A DNA stretch of 64,000 bases from Eledone cirrhosa. Taxonomy: Eukaryota. Made by a program: the position numbers and the translations under genes. The notes under the pieces are model-generated. The model saw nothing but the letters and a program-made list of their open reading frames with translations, was not told where the DNA came from and did not search any database. The stretch lies in assembly GCA_964016885.1 (NCBI GenBank), contig OZ024758.1:35588001-35652000 (forward strand), written 5' to 3'. The first letter of the stretch is position 1, and every line of letters begins with the position of its first letter. Below, piece after piece: positions 53,310 to 64,000 of the stretch.

Positions 53310-56300
53310 GAGAATTCATTTAAGCCATGGTACCAGCTGTCAGAAGTAACTCCAATGTTGGTGAGAATTCATTTAAGTTCATGGTATTAGCTGTCAGAAG
53401 GAACTCCACTGTTGGTGAGAATTCATTTAAGTTCATGGTATTAGCTGTCAGAAGTAACTCCACTGTTGGTGAGAATTCATTTAAGTTCATGGTACTAGCT
53501 GTCAGAAGTAACTCCAATGTTGGTGAGAATTCATTTAAGTTCATGGTATTAGCTGTCATAAGTAACTCCACTGTTGGTGAGAGTTCATTTAAGTCATGGT
53601 ATTAGCTGTCAGAAGTAACTCCAATGTTGGTGAGAATTCATTTAAGTTCATGGTATTAGCTGTCAGAAGTAACTCCACTGTTGGTGAGAATTCATTTAAG
53701 TTCATGGTATTAGCTGTCAGAAGTAACTCCACTGTTGGTGAGAATTCATTTAAGTTCATGGTACTAGCTGTCAGAAGTAACTCCACTGTTGGTGAGAATT
53801 CATTTAAGTTCATGGTATTAGTTTGTCAGAAGTAACTCCACTGTTGGTGAGAATTCATTTAAGTCATGGTATTAGTTGTCAGAAGTAACTCCAATGTTGG
53901 TGAGAATTCATTTAAGTTCATGGTATTAGCTGTCAGAAGGAACTCCACTGTTGGTGAGAATTCATTTAAGTTCATGGTATTAGCTGTCAGAAGGAACTCC
54001 AATGTTGGTGAGAATTCATTTAAGTCATGGTACTAGCTGTCAGAAGTAACTCCACTGTTGGTGAGAATTCATTTAAGTTCATGGTGTTAGCTGTCAGAAG
54101 GAACGCCACTGTTGGTGAGAATTCATTTAAGTTCATGGTATTAGCTGTCAGAAGTAACTCCACTGTTGGTGAGAATTCATTTAAGTTCATGGTACTAGCT
54201 GTCAGAAGTAACTCCACTGTTGGTGAGAATTCATTTAAGTTCATGGTACTAGCTGTCCGAAGTAACCCCAATGTTGGTGAGAATTCATTTAAGTTCATGG
54301 TATTAGCTGTCAGAAGTAACTCCACTGTTGGTGAGAATTCATTTAAGTTCATGGTATTAGCTGTCAGAAGGAACTCCACTGTTGGTGAGAATTCATTTAA
54401 GTTATGGTATTAGTTGTCAGAAGTAACTCCAATGTTGGTGAGAATTCATGTAAGCCATGGTACTAGCTGTCAGAAGTAACTCCAATGTTGGTGAGAATTC
54501 ATTTAAGTTCATGGTATTAGCTGTCAGAACGAACTCCACTGTTGGTGAGAATTCATTTAAGTTCATGGTATTAGCTGTCAGAAGTAACTCCACTGTTGGT
54601 GAGAATTCATTTAAGTTCAGGGTACTAGCTGTCAGAAGTAACTCCAATGTTGGTGAGAATTCATTTAAGTTCATGGTATTAGCTGTCAGAAGGAACTCCA
54701 CTGTTGGTGAGAATTCATTTAAGTTCATGGTATTAGCTGTCAGAAGTAACTCCACTGTTGGTGAGAATTCATTTAAGTCATGGTACTAGCTGTGAGAAGT
54801 AACTCCAATGTTGGTGAGAATTCATTTAAGTCATGGTACTAGCTGTCAGAAGTAACTCCAATGTTGGTGAGAATTCATTTAAGTTCATGGTATTAGCTGT
54901 CAGAAGGAACTCCACTGTTGGTGAGAATTCATTTAAGTTCATGGTATTAGCTGTCAGAAGTAACTCCACTGTTGGTGAGAATTCATTTAAGTTCATGGTA
55001 TTAGCTGTCAGAAGTAACTCCACTGTTGGTCAGAATTCATTTAAGTTCATGGTATTAGCTGTCAGAAGTAACTCCACTGTTGGTGAGAATTCATTTAAGT
55101 TCATGGTACTAGCTGTAAGAAGTAACTCCACTGTTGGTGAGAGTTCATTTAAGTCATGGTATTAGCTGTCAGAAGTAACTCCAATGTTGGTGAGAATTCA
55201 TTTAAGTTCATGGTATTAGCTGTCAGAAGTCACTCCACTGTTGGTGAGAATTCATTTAAGTTCATGGTACTAGCTGTCAGAAGTAACCCCAATGTTGGTG
55301 AGAATTCATTTAAGTTCATGGTATTAGCTGTCAGAAGTCACTCCAATGTTGGTGAGAATTCATTTAAGTTCATGGTATTAGCTGTCAGAAGTAACTCCAC
55401 TGTTGGTGAGAATTCATTTAAGTTCATGGTATTAGCTGTCAGAAGTAACTCCACTGTTGGTGAGAATTCATTTAAGTTCATGGTATTAGCTGTCAGAAGT
55501 AACTCCACTGTTGGTGAGAATTCATTTAAGTTCATGGTATTAGCTGTCAGAAGGAACTCCAATGTTGGTGAGAATTCATTTAAGTCATGGTACTAGCTGT
55601 CAGAAGTAACTCCACTGTTGGTGAGAATTCATTTAAGTTCATGGTATTAGCTGACAGAAGGAACGCCACTGTTGGTGAGAATTCATTTAAGTTCATGGTA
55701 TTAGCTGTCAGAAGTAACTCCACTGTTGGTGAGAATTCATTTAAGTTCATGGTACTAGCTGTCAGAAGTAACTCCAATGTTGGTGAGAATTCATTTAAGT
55801 TCATGGTATTAGCTGTCAGAAGGAACTCCACTGTTGCTGAGAATTCATTTAAGTACATGGTATTAGCTGTCAGAAGTAACTCCACTGTTGGTGAGAATTC
55901 ATTTAAGTTCATGGTACTAGCTGTCAGAAGTAACTCCACTGTTGGTGAGAATTCATTTAAGTTCATGGTATTAGCTGTCAGAAGTCACTCCAATGTTGGT
56001 GAGAATTCATTTAAGTTCATGGTATTAGCTGTCAGAAGTCACTCCACTGTTGGTGAGAATTCATTTAAGTCCATGGTACTAGCTGTCCGAAGTAACCCCA
56101 ATGTTGGTGAGAATTCATTTAAGTTCATGGTATTAGCTGTCAGAAGTCACTCCAATGTTGGTGAGAATTCATTTAAGTTCATGGTATTAGCTGTCAGAAG
56201 TCACTCCACTGTTGGTGAGAATTCATTTAAGTTCATGGTATTAGCTGTCAGAAGTAACTCCACTGTTGGTGAGAATTCATTTAAGTTCATGGTATTAGCT

Positions 56301-59300
56301 GTCAGAAGGAACTCCACTGTTGGTGAGAATTCATTTAAGTTCATGGTACTAGCTGTCAGAAGTAACTCCACTGTTGGTGAGAATTCATTTAAGTTCATGG
56401 TATTAGTTTGTCAGAAGTAACTCCACTGTTGGTGAGAATTCATTTAAGTCATGGTATTAGTTGTCAGAAGTAACTCCAATGTTGGTGAGAATTCATTTAA
56501 GCCATGGTACCAGCTGTCAGAAGTAACTCCACTGTTGGTGAGAATTCATTTAAGTTCATGGTATTAGCTGTCAGAAGTAACTCCACTGTTGGTGAGAATT
56601 CATTTAAGTTCATGGTACTAGCTGTCAGAAGTAACTCCAATGTTGGTGAGAATTCATTTAAGTTCATGGTATTAGCTGTCAGAAGTAACTCCACTGTTGG
56701 TGAGAGTTCATTTAAGTCATGGTATTAGCTGTCAGAAGTAACTCCAATGTTGGTGAGAATTCATTTAAGTTCATGGTATTAGCTGTCAGAAGTAACTCCA
56801 CTGTTGGTGAGAATTTATTTAAGTTCATGGTATTAGCTGTCAGAAGTAACTCCACTGTTGGTGAGAATTCATTTAAGTTCATGGTACTAGCTGTCAGAAG
56901 TAACTCCACTGTTGGTGAGAATTCATTTAAGTTCATGGTATTAGTTTGTCAGAAGTAACTCCACTGTTGGTGAGAATTCATTTAAGTCATGGTATTAGTT
57001 GTCAGAAGTAACTCCAATGTTGGTGAGAATTCATTTAAGTTCATGGTATTAGCTGTCAGAAGGAACTCCACTGTTGGTGAGAATTCATTTAAGTTCATGG
57101 TATTAGCTGTCAGAAGGAACTCCAATGTTGGTGAGAATTCATTTAAGTCATGGTACTAGCTGTCAGAAGTAACTCCACTGTTGGTGAGAATTCATTTAAG
57201 TTCATGGTGTTAGCTGTCAGAAGGAACGCCACTGTTGGTGAGAATTCATTTAAGTTCATGGTATTAGCTGTCAGAAGTAACTCCACTGTTGGTGAGAATT
57301 CATTTAAGTTCATGGTACTAGCTGTCAGAAGTAACTCCAATGTTGGTGAGAATTCATTTAAGTTCATGGTATTAGCTGTCAGAAGGAACTCCACTGTTGG
57401 TGAGAATTCATTTAAGTTCATGGTATTAGCTGTCAGAAGTAACTCCACTGTTGGTGAGAATTCATTTAAGTTCATGGTATTAGCTGTCAGAAGTCACTCC
57501 AATGTTGGTGAGAATTCATTTAAGTTCATGGTATTAGCTGTCAGAAGTCACTCCACTGTTGGTGAGAATTCATTTAAGTTCATGGTACTAGCTGTCCGAA
57601 GTAACCCCAATGTTGGTGAGAATTCATTTAAGTTCATGGTATTAGCTGTCAGAAGTAACTCCACTGTTGGTGAGAATTCATTTAAGTTCATGGTATTAGC
57701 TGTCAGAAGGAACTCCACTGTTGGTGAGAATTCATTTAAGTTATGGTATTAGTTGTCAGAAGTAACTCCAATGTTGGTGAGAATTCATTTAAGCCATGGT
57801 ACTAGCTGTCAGAAGTAACTCCAATGTTGGTGAGAATTCATTTAAGTTCATGGTATTAGCTGTCAGAACGAACTCCACTGTTGGTGAGAATTCATTTAAG
57901 TTCATGGTATTAGCTGTCAGAAGTAACTCCACTGTTGGTGAGAATTCATTTAAGTTCAGGGTACTAGCTGTCAGAAGTAACTCCAATGTTGGTGAGAATT
58001 CATTTAAGTTCATGGTATTAGCTGTCAGAAGGAACTCCACTGTTGGTGAGAATTCATTTAAGTTCATGGTATTAGCTGTCAGAAGTAACTCCACTGTTGG
58101 TGAGAATTCATTTAAGTCATGGTACTAGCTGTCAGAAGTAACTCCAATGTTGGTGAGAATTCATTTAAGTCATGGTACTAGCTGTCAGAAGTAACTCCAA
58201 TGTTGGTGAGAATTCATTTAAGTTCATGGTATTAGCTGTCAGAAGGAACTCCACTGTTGGTGAGAATTCATTTAAGTTCATGGTATTAGCTGTCAGAAGT
58301 AACTCCACTGTTGGTGAGAATTCATTTAAGTTCATGGTATTAGCTGTCAGAAGTAACTCCACTGTTGGTGAGAATTCATTTAAGTTCATGGTATTAGCTG
58401 TCAGAAGTAACTCCACTGTTGGTGAGAATTCATTTAAGTTTATGGTACTAGCTGTAAGAAGTAACTCCACTGTTGGTGAGAGTTCATTTAAGTCATGGTA
58501 TTAGCTGTCAGAAGTAACTCCAATGTTGGTGAGAATTCATTTAAGTTCATGGTATTAGCTGTCAGAAGTAACTCCACTGTTGGTGAGAATTCATTTAAGT
58601 TCATGGTATTAGCTGTCAGAAGTAACTCCACTGTTGGTGAGAATTCATTTAAGTTCATGGTACTAGCTGTCAGAAGTAACTCCACTGTTGGTGAGAATTC
58701 ATTTAAGTTCATGGTATTAGTTTGTCAGAAGTAACTCCACTGTTGGTGAGAATTCATTTAAGTCATGGTATTAGTTGTCAGAAGTAACTCCAATGTTGGT
58801 GAGAATTCATTTAAGTTCATGGTATTAGCTGTCAGAAGGAACTCCACTGTTGGTGAGAATTCATTTAAGTTCATGGTATTAGCTGTCAGAAGGAACTCCA
58901 ATGTTGGTGAGAATTCATTTAAGTCATGGTACTAGCTGTCAGAAGTAACTCCACTGTTGGTGAGAATTCATTTAAGTTCATGGTATTAGCTGTCAGAAGG
59001 AACGCCACTGTTGGTGAGAATTCATTTAAGTTCATGGTATTAGCTGTCAGAAGTAACTCCACTGTTGGTGAGAATTCATTTAAGTTCATGGTATTAGCTG
59101 TCAGAAGGAACTCCAATGTTGGTGAGAATTCATTTAAGTCATGGTACTAGCTGTCAGAAGTAACTCCACTGTTGGTGAGAATTCATTTAAGTTCATGGTA
59201 TTAGCTGACAGAAGGAACGCCACTGTTGGTGAGAATTCATTTAAGTTCATGGTATTAGCTGTCAGAAGTAACTCCACTGTTGGTGAGAATTCATTTAAGT

Positions 59301-62300
59301 TCATGGTACTAGCTGTCAGAAGTAACTCCAATGTTGGTGAGAATTCATTTAAGTTCATGGTATTAGCTGTCAGAAGGAACTCCACTGTTGCTGAGAATTC
59401 ATTTAAGTACATGGTATTAGCTGTCAGAAGTAACTCCACTGTTGGTGAGAATTCATTTAAGTTCATGGTACTAGCTGTCAGAAGTAACTCCACTGTTGGT
59501 GAGAGTTCATTTAAGTCATGGTATTAGCTGTCAGAAGTAACTCCAATGTTGGTGAGAATTCATTTAAGTTCATGGTATTAGCTGTCAGAAGTAACTCCAC
59601 TGTTGGTGAGAATTCATTTAAGTTCATGGTATTAGCTGTCAGAAGTAACTCCACTGTTGGTGAGAATTCATTTAAGTTCATGGTACTAGCTGTCAGAAGT
59701 AACTCCACTGTTGGTGAGAATTCATTTAAGTTCATGGTATTAGTTTGTCAGAAGTAACTCCACTGTTGGTGAGAATTCATTTAAGTCATGGTATTAGTTG
59801 TCAGAAGTAACTCCAATGTTGGTGAGAATTCATTTAAGTTCATGGTATTAGCTGTCAGAAGGAACTCCACTGTTGGTGAGAATTCATTTAAGTTCATGGT
59901 ATTAGCTGTCAGAAGGAACTCCAATGTTGGTGAGAATTCATTTAAGTCATGGTACTAGCTGTCAGAAGTAACTCCACTGTTGGTGAGAATTCATTTAAGT
60001 TCATGGTATTAGCTGTCAGAAGGAACGCCACTGTTGGTGAGAATTCATTTAAGTTCATGGTATTAGCTGTCAGAAGTAACTCCACTGTTGGTGAGAATTC
60101 ATTTAAGTTCATGGTATTAGCTGTCAGAAGGAACTCCAATGTTGGTGAGAATTCATTTAAGTCATGGTACTAGCTGTCAGAAGTAACTCCACTGTTGGTG
60201 AGAATTCATTTAAGTTCATGGTATTAGCTGACAGAAGGAACGCCACTGTTGGTGAGAATTCATTTAAGTTCATGGTATTAGCTGTCAGAAGTAACTCCAC
60301 TGTTGGTGAGAATTCATTTAAGTTCATGGTACTAGCTGTCAGAAGTAACTCCAATGTTGGTGAGAATTCATTTAAGTTCATGGTATTAGCTGTCAGAAGG
60401 AACTCCACTGTTGCTGAGAATTCATTTAAGTACATGGTATTAGCTGTCAGAAGTAACTCCACTGTTGGTGAGAATTCATTTAAGTTCATGGTACTAGCTG
60501 TCAGAAGTAACTCCACTGTTGGTGAGAATTCATTTAAGTTCATGGTATTAGCTGTCAGAAGTCACTCCAATGTTGGTGAGAATTCATTTAAGTTCATGGT
60601 ATTAGCTGTCAGAAGTCACTCCACTGTTGGTGAGAATTCATTTAAGTTCATGGTACTAGCTGTCCGAAGTAACCCCAATGTTGGTGAGAATTCATTTAAG
60701 TTCATGGTATTAGCTGTCAGAAGTCACTCCAATGTTGGTGAGAATTCATTTAAGTTCATGGTATTAGCTGTCAGAAGTAACTCCACTGTTGGTGAGAATT
60801 CATTTAAGTTCATGGTATTAGCTGTCAGAAGTAACTCCACTGTTGGTGAGAATTCATTTAAGTTCATGGTATTAGCTGTCAGAAGGAACTCCACTGTTGG
60901 TGAGAATTCATTTAAGTTCATGGTACTAGCTGTCAGAAGTAACTCCACTGTTGGTGAGAATTCATTTAAGTTCATGGTATTAGTTTGTCAGAAGTAACTC
61001 CACTGTTGGTGAGAATTCATTTAAGTCATGGTATTAGTTGTCAGAAGTAACTCCAATGTTGGTGAGAATTCATTTAAGCCATGGTACCAGCTGTCAGAAG
61101 TAACTCCAATGTTGGTGAGAATTCATTTAAGTTCATGGTATTAGCTGTCAGAAGGAACTCCACTGTTGGTGAGAATTCATTTAAGTTCATGGTATTAGCT
61201 GTCAGAAGTAACTCCACTGTTGGTGAGAATTCATTTAAGTTCATGGTACTAGCTGTCAGAAGTAACTCCAATGTTGGTGAGAATTCATTTAAGTTCATGG
61301 TATTAGCTGTCAGAAGTAACTCCACTGTTGGTGAGAGTTCATTTAAGTCATGGTATTAGCTGTCAGAAGTAACTCCAATGTTGGTGAGAATTCATTTAAG
61401 TTCATGGTATTAGCTGTCAGAAGTAACTCCACTGTTGGTGAGAATTTATTTAAGTTCATGGTATTAGCTGTCAGAAGTAACTCCACTGTTGGTGAGAATT
61501 CATTTAAGTTCATGGTACTAGCTGTCAGAAGTAACTCCACTGTTGGTGAGAATTCATTTAAGTTCATGGTATTAGTTTGTCAGAAGTAACTCCACTGTTG
61601 GTGAGAATTCATTTAAGTCATGGTATTAGTTGTCAGAAGTAACTCCAATGTTGGTGAGAATTCATTTAAGTTCATGGTATTAGCTGTCAGAAGGAACTCC
61701 ACTGTTGGTGAGAATTCATTTAAGTTCATGGTATTAGCTGTCAGAAGGAACTCCAATGTTGGTGAGAATTCATTTAAGTCATGGTACTAGCTGTCAGAAG
61801 TAACTCCACTGTTGGTGAGAATTCATTTAAGTTCATGGTGTTAGCTGTCAGAAGGAACGCCACTGTTGGTGAGAATTCATTTAAGTTCATGGTATTAGCT
61901 GTCAGAAGTAACTCCACTGTTGGTGAGAATTCATTTAAGTTCATGGTACTAGCTGTCAGAAGTAACTCCAATGTTGGTGAGAATTCATTTAAGTTCATGG
62001 TATTAGCTGTCAGAAGGAACTCCACTGTTGGTGAGAATTCATTTAAGTTCATGGTATTAGCTGTCAGAAGTAACTCCACTGTTGGTGAGAATTCATTTAA
62101 GTTCATGGTATTAGCTGTCAGAAGTCACTCCAATGTTGGTGAGAATTCATTTAAGTTCATGGTATTAGCTGTCAGAAGTCACTCCACTGTTGGTGAGAAT
62201 TCATTTAAGTTCATGGTACTAGCTGTCCGAAGTAACCCCAATGTTGGTGAGAATTCATTTAAGTTCATGGTATTAGCTGTCAGAAGTAACTCCACTGTTG

Positions 62301-63140
62301 GTGAGAATTCATTTAAGTCCATGGTATTAGCTGTCAGAAGGAACTCCACTGTTGGTGAGAATTCATTTAAGTTATGGTATTAGTTGTCAGAAGTAACTCC
62401 AATGTTGGTGAGAATTCATTTAAGCCATGGTACTAGCTGTCAGAAGTAACTCCAATGTTGGTGAGAATTCATTTAAGTTCATGGTATTAGCTGTCAGAAC
62501 GAACTCCACTGTTGGTGAGAATTCATTTAAGTTCATGGTATTAGCTGTCAGAAGTAACTCCACTGTTGGTGAGAATTCATTTAAGTTCAGGGTACTAGCT
62601 GTCAGAAGTAACTCCAATGTTGGTGAGAATTCATTTAAGTTCATGGTATTAGCTGTCAGAAGGAACTCCACTGTTGGTGAGAATTCATTTAAGTTCATGG
62701 TATTAGCTGTCAGAAGTAACTCCACTGTTGGTGAGAATTCATTTAAGTCATGGTACTAGCTGTCAGAAGTAACTCCAATGTTGGTGAGAATTCATTTAAG
62801 TCATGGTACTAGCTGTCAGAAGTAACTCCAATGTTGGTGAGAATTCATTTAAGTTCATGGTATTAGCTGTCAGAAGGAACTCCACTGTTGGTGAGAATTC
62901 ATTTAAGTTCATGGTATTAGCTGTCAGAAGTAACTCCACTGTTGGTGAGAATTCATTTAAGTTCATGGTATTAGCTGTCAGAAGTAACTCCACTGTTGGT
63001 GAGAATTCATTTAAGTTCATGGTATTAGCTGTCAGAAGTAACTCCACTGTTGGTGAGAATTCATTTAAGTTTATGGTACTAGCTGTAAGAAGTAACTCCA
63101 CTGTTGGAGAGAGTTCATTTAAGTCATGGTATTAGCTGTC
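53310..63140. repeat. Three copies of a ~1.8-2.1 kb marker block (~53.3-55.15, ~56.5-58.5, ~61.07-63.14 kb)
   Basis: The ordered markers gtaccag, gagagttc, atggtgttag, aagttatgg, gaacgaac, ttcaggg and gtaaga are present in each copy. ORF starts are 53327/56504/61081 and 54457/57796/62427. Confidence 0.86.
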
Positions 63141-63710
63141 AGAAGTAACTCCAATGTTGGTGAGAATTCATTTAAGTTCATGGTATTAGCTGTCAGAAGT
63201 AACTCCACTGTTGGTGAGAATTCATTTAAGTTCATGGTATTAGCTGTCAGAAGTAACTCCACTGTTGGTGAGAATTCATTTAAGTTCATGGTACTAGCTG
63301 TCAGAAGTAACTCCACTGTTGGTGAGAATTCATTTAAGTTCATGGTATTAGTTTGTCAGAAGTAACTCCACTGTTGGTGAGAATTCATTTAAGTCATGGT
63401 ATTAGTTGTCAGAAGTAACTCCAATGTTGGTGAGAATTCATTTAAGTTCATGGTATTAGCTGTCAGAAGGAACTCCACTGTTGGTGAGAATTCATTTAAG
63501 TTCATGGTATTAGCTGTCAGAAGGAACTCCAATGTTGGTGAGAATTCATTTAAGTCATGGTACTAGCTGTCAGAAGTAACTCCACTGTTGGTGAGAATTC
63601 ATTTAAGTTCATGGTATTAGCTGTCAGAAGGAACGCCACTGTTGGTGAGAATTCATTTAAGTTCATGGTATTAGCTGTCAGAAGTAACTCCACTGTTGGT
63701 GAGAATTCAT
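55530..63710. repeat. Block duplication, offset 4577-4631 bp: ~55.5-59.1 kb repeated at ~60.1-63.7 kb
   Basis: ORF starts 55587/60164 and 56504/61081 differ by 4577. Starts 56719/61350, 57150/61781, 57796/62427, 58172/62803 and 58495/63126 differ by 4631. Shared markers are gaatttattt and gtttatgg. Confidence 0.88.
58457..60527. repeat. Tandem duplication, period 1023 bp (19 monomers), nested in the 4.6 kb period
   Basis: gagagttc 58478/59501; ORF starts 58495/59518, 58926/59949 and 59141/60164. Confidence 0.9.
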
Positions 63711-64000
63711 TTAAGTTCATGGTACTAGCTGTCAGAAGTAACTCCAATGTTGGTGAGAATTCATTTAAGTTCATGGTATTAGCTGTCAGAAGGAACTCCA
63801 CTGTTGGTGAGAATTCATTTAAGTTCATGGTATTAGCTGTCAGAAGTAACTCCACTGTTGGTGAGAATTCATTTAAGTTCATGGTATTAGCTGTCAGAAG
63901 TCACTCCAATGTTGGTGAGAATTCATTTAAGTTCATGGTATTAGCTGTCAGAAGTCACTCCACTGTTGGTGAGAATTCATTTAAGTTCATGGTACTAGCT

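Larger units (their letters stand above)
1..64000. repeat. 54-bp tandem satellite array (~1,186 monomers, single orientation, truncated at both window edges)
   Basis: Unit 1-54 (ttcatggtattagctgtcagaagtaactccactgttggtgagaattcatttaRg) recurs continuously to 64000. Most units differ from consensus at only a few positions. 53-bp (aagtcatgg) and 55-bp (tagtttgtc) length variants occur. GAATTC is present in nearly every unit. Confidence 0.99.

Noticed and set aside
4-63882. Protein-coding genes (all ORFs in the track, including the 614 aa and 853 aa ones)
   Set aside because: They are pure translations of the 54-bp unit with no unique N- or C-terminal domain. They are broken by frequent amplified frameshifts, most variants are non-synonymous, and the number of open frames matches chance.
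1-64000. CRISPR array or other repeat-spacer system
   Set aside because: There are no unique spacers; the entire unit is repeated with only point variants, and there is no leader or cas gene.
1-64000. Combinatorial code or antigenic-variation cassette library in the variant order
   Set aside because: The order of variants is explained by nested block duplications and deletions. No expression site, recombinase or reverse transcriptase is present in the window.
1-64000. Telomeric repeat, tRNA/5S/snRNA tandem gene array, or transposon insertion
   Set aside because: There is no short G-rich telomere motif, and the unit is too short for those RNAs and lacks their recognisable structure. I saw no non-satellite sequence or orientation switch when reading by eye.
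1-64000. Synthetic concatemer or rolling-circle/sequencing artefact
   Set aside because: Variants are heritable, hierarchically shared and regionally layered, as expected for an evolved array rather than random error on a single template. Individual near-identical blocks still need read validation.

Overview
The whole 64 kb window is one uninterrupted head-to-tail satellite array of a 54-bp monomer (consensus TTCATGGTAYTAGCTGTCAGAAGTAACTCCAMTGTTGGTGAGAATTCATTTAAG, ~37% GC, one EcoRI site per unit, no CpG in the consensus). It has about 1,186 copies and runs off both window ends. All units lie in one orientation, and I saw no inserted element or unique sequence. The ORFs in the track are translation artefacts of a monomer whose length is divisible by 3; I found no supportable gene, RNA gene, CRISPR array or mobile element. 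The information lies in the variants. They reveal nested duplications (162, 324, 754, 1023, 1617, 1939, 2477, 2589, 2641, 3452, ~4600 and ~13,400-14,000 bp), an irregular recurrent higher-order cassette, and spatial layers of variants. Each monomer also holds a 14+14 bp imperfect dyad that several common variants make more symmetric. This architecture resembles eukaryotic centromeric or heterochromatic satellite DNA (inference). I cannot name the organism or satellite family. Offsets were read by eye from diagnostic variants and the ORF track, so block boundaries are approximate.
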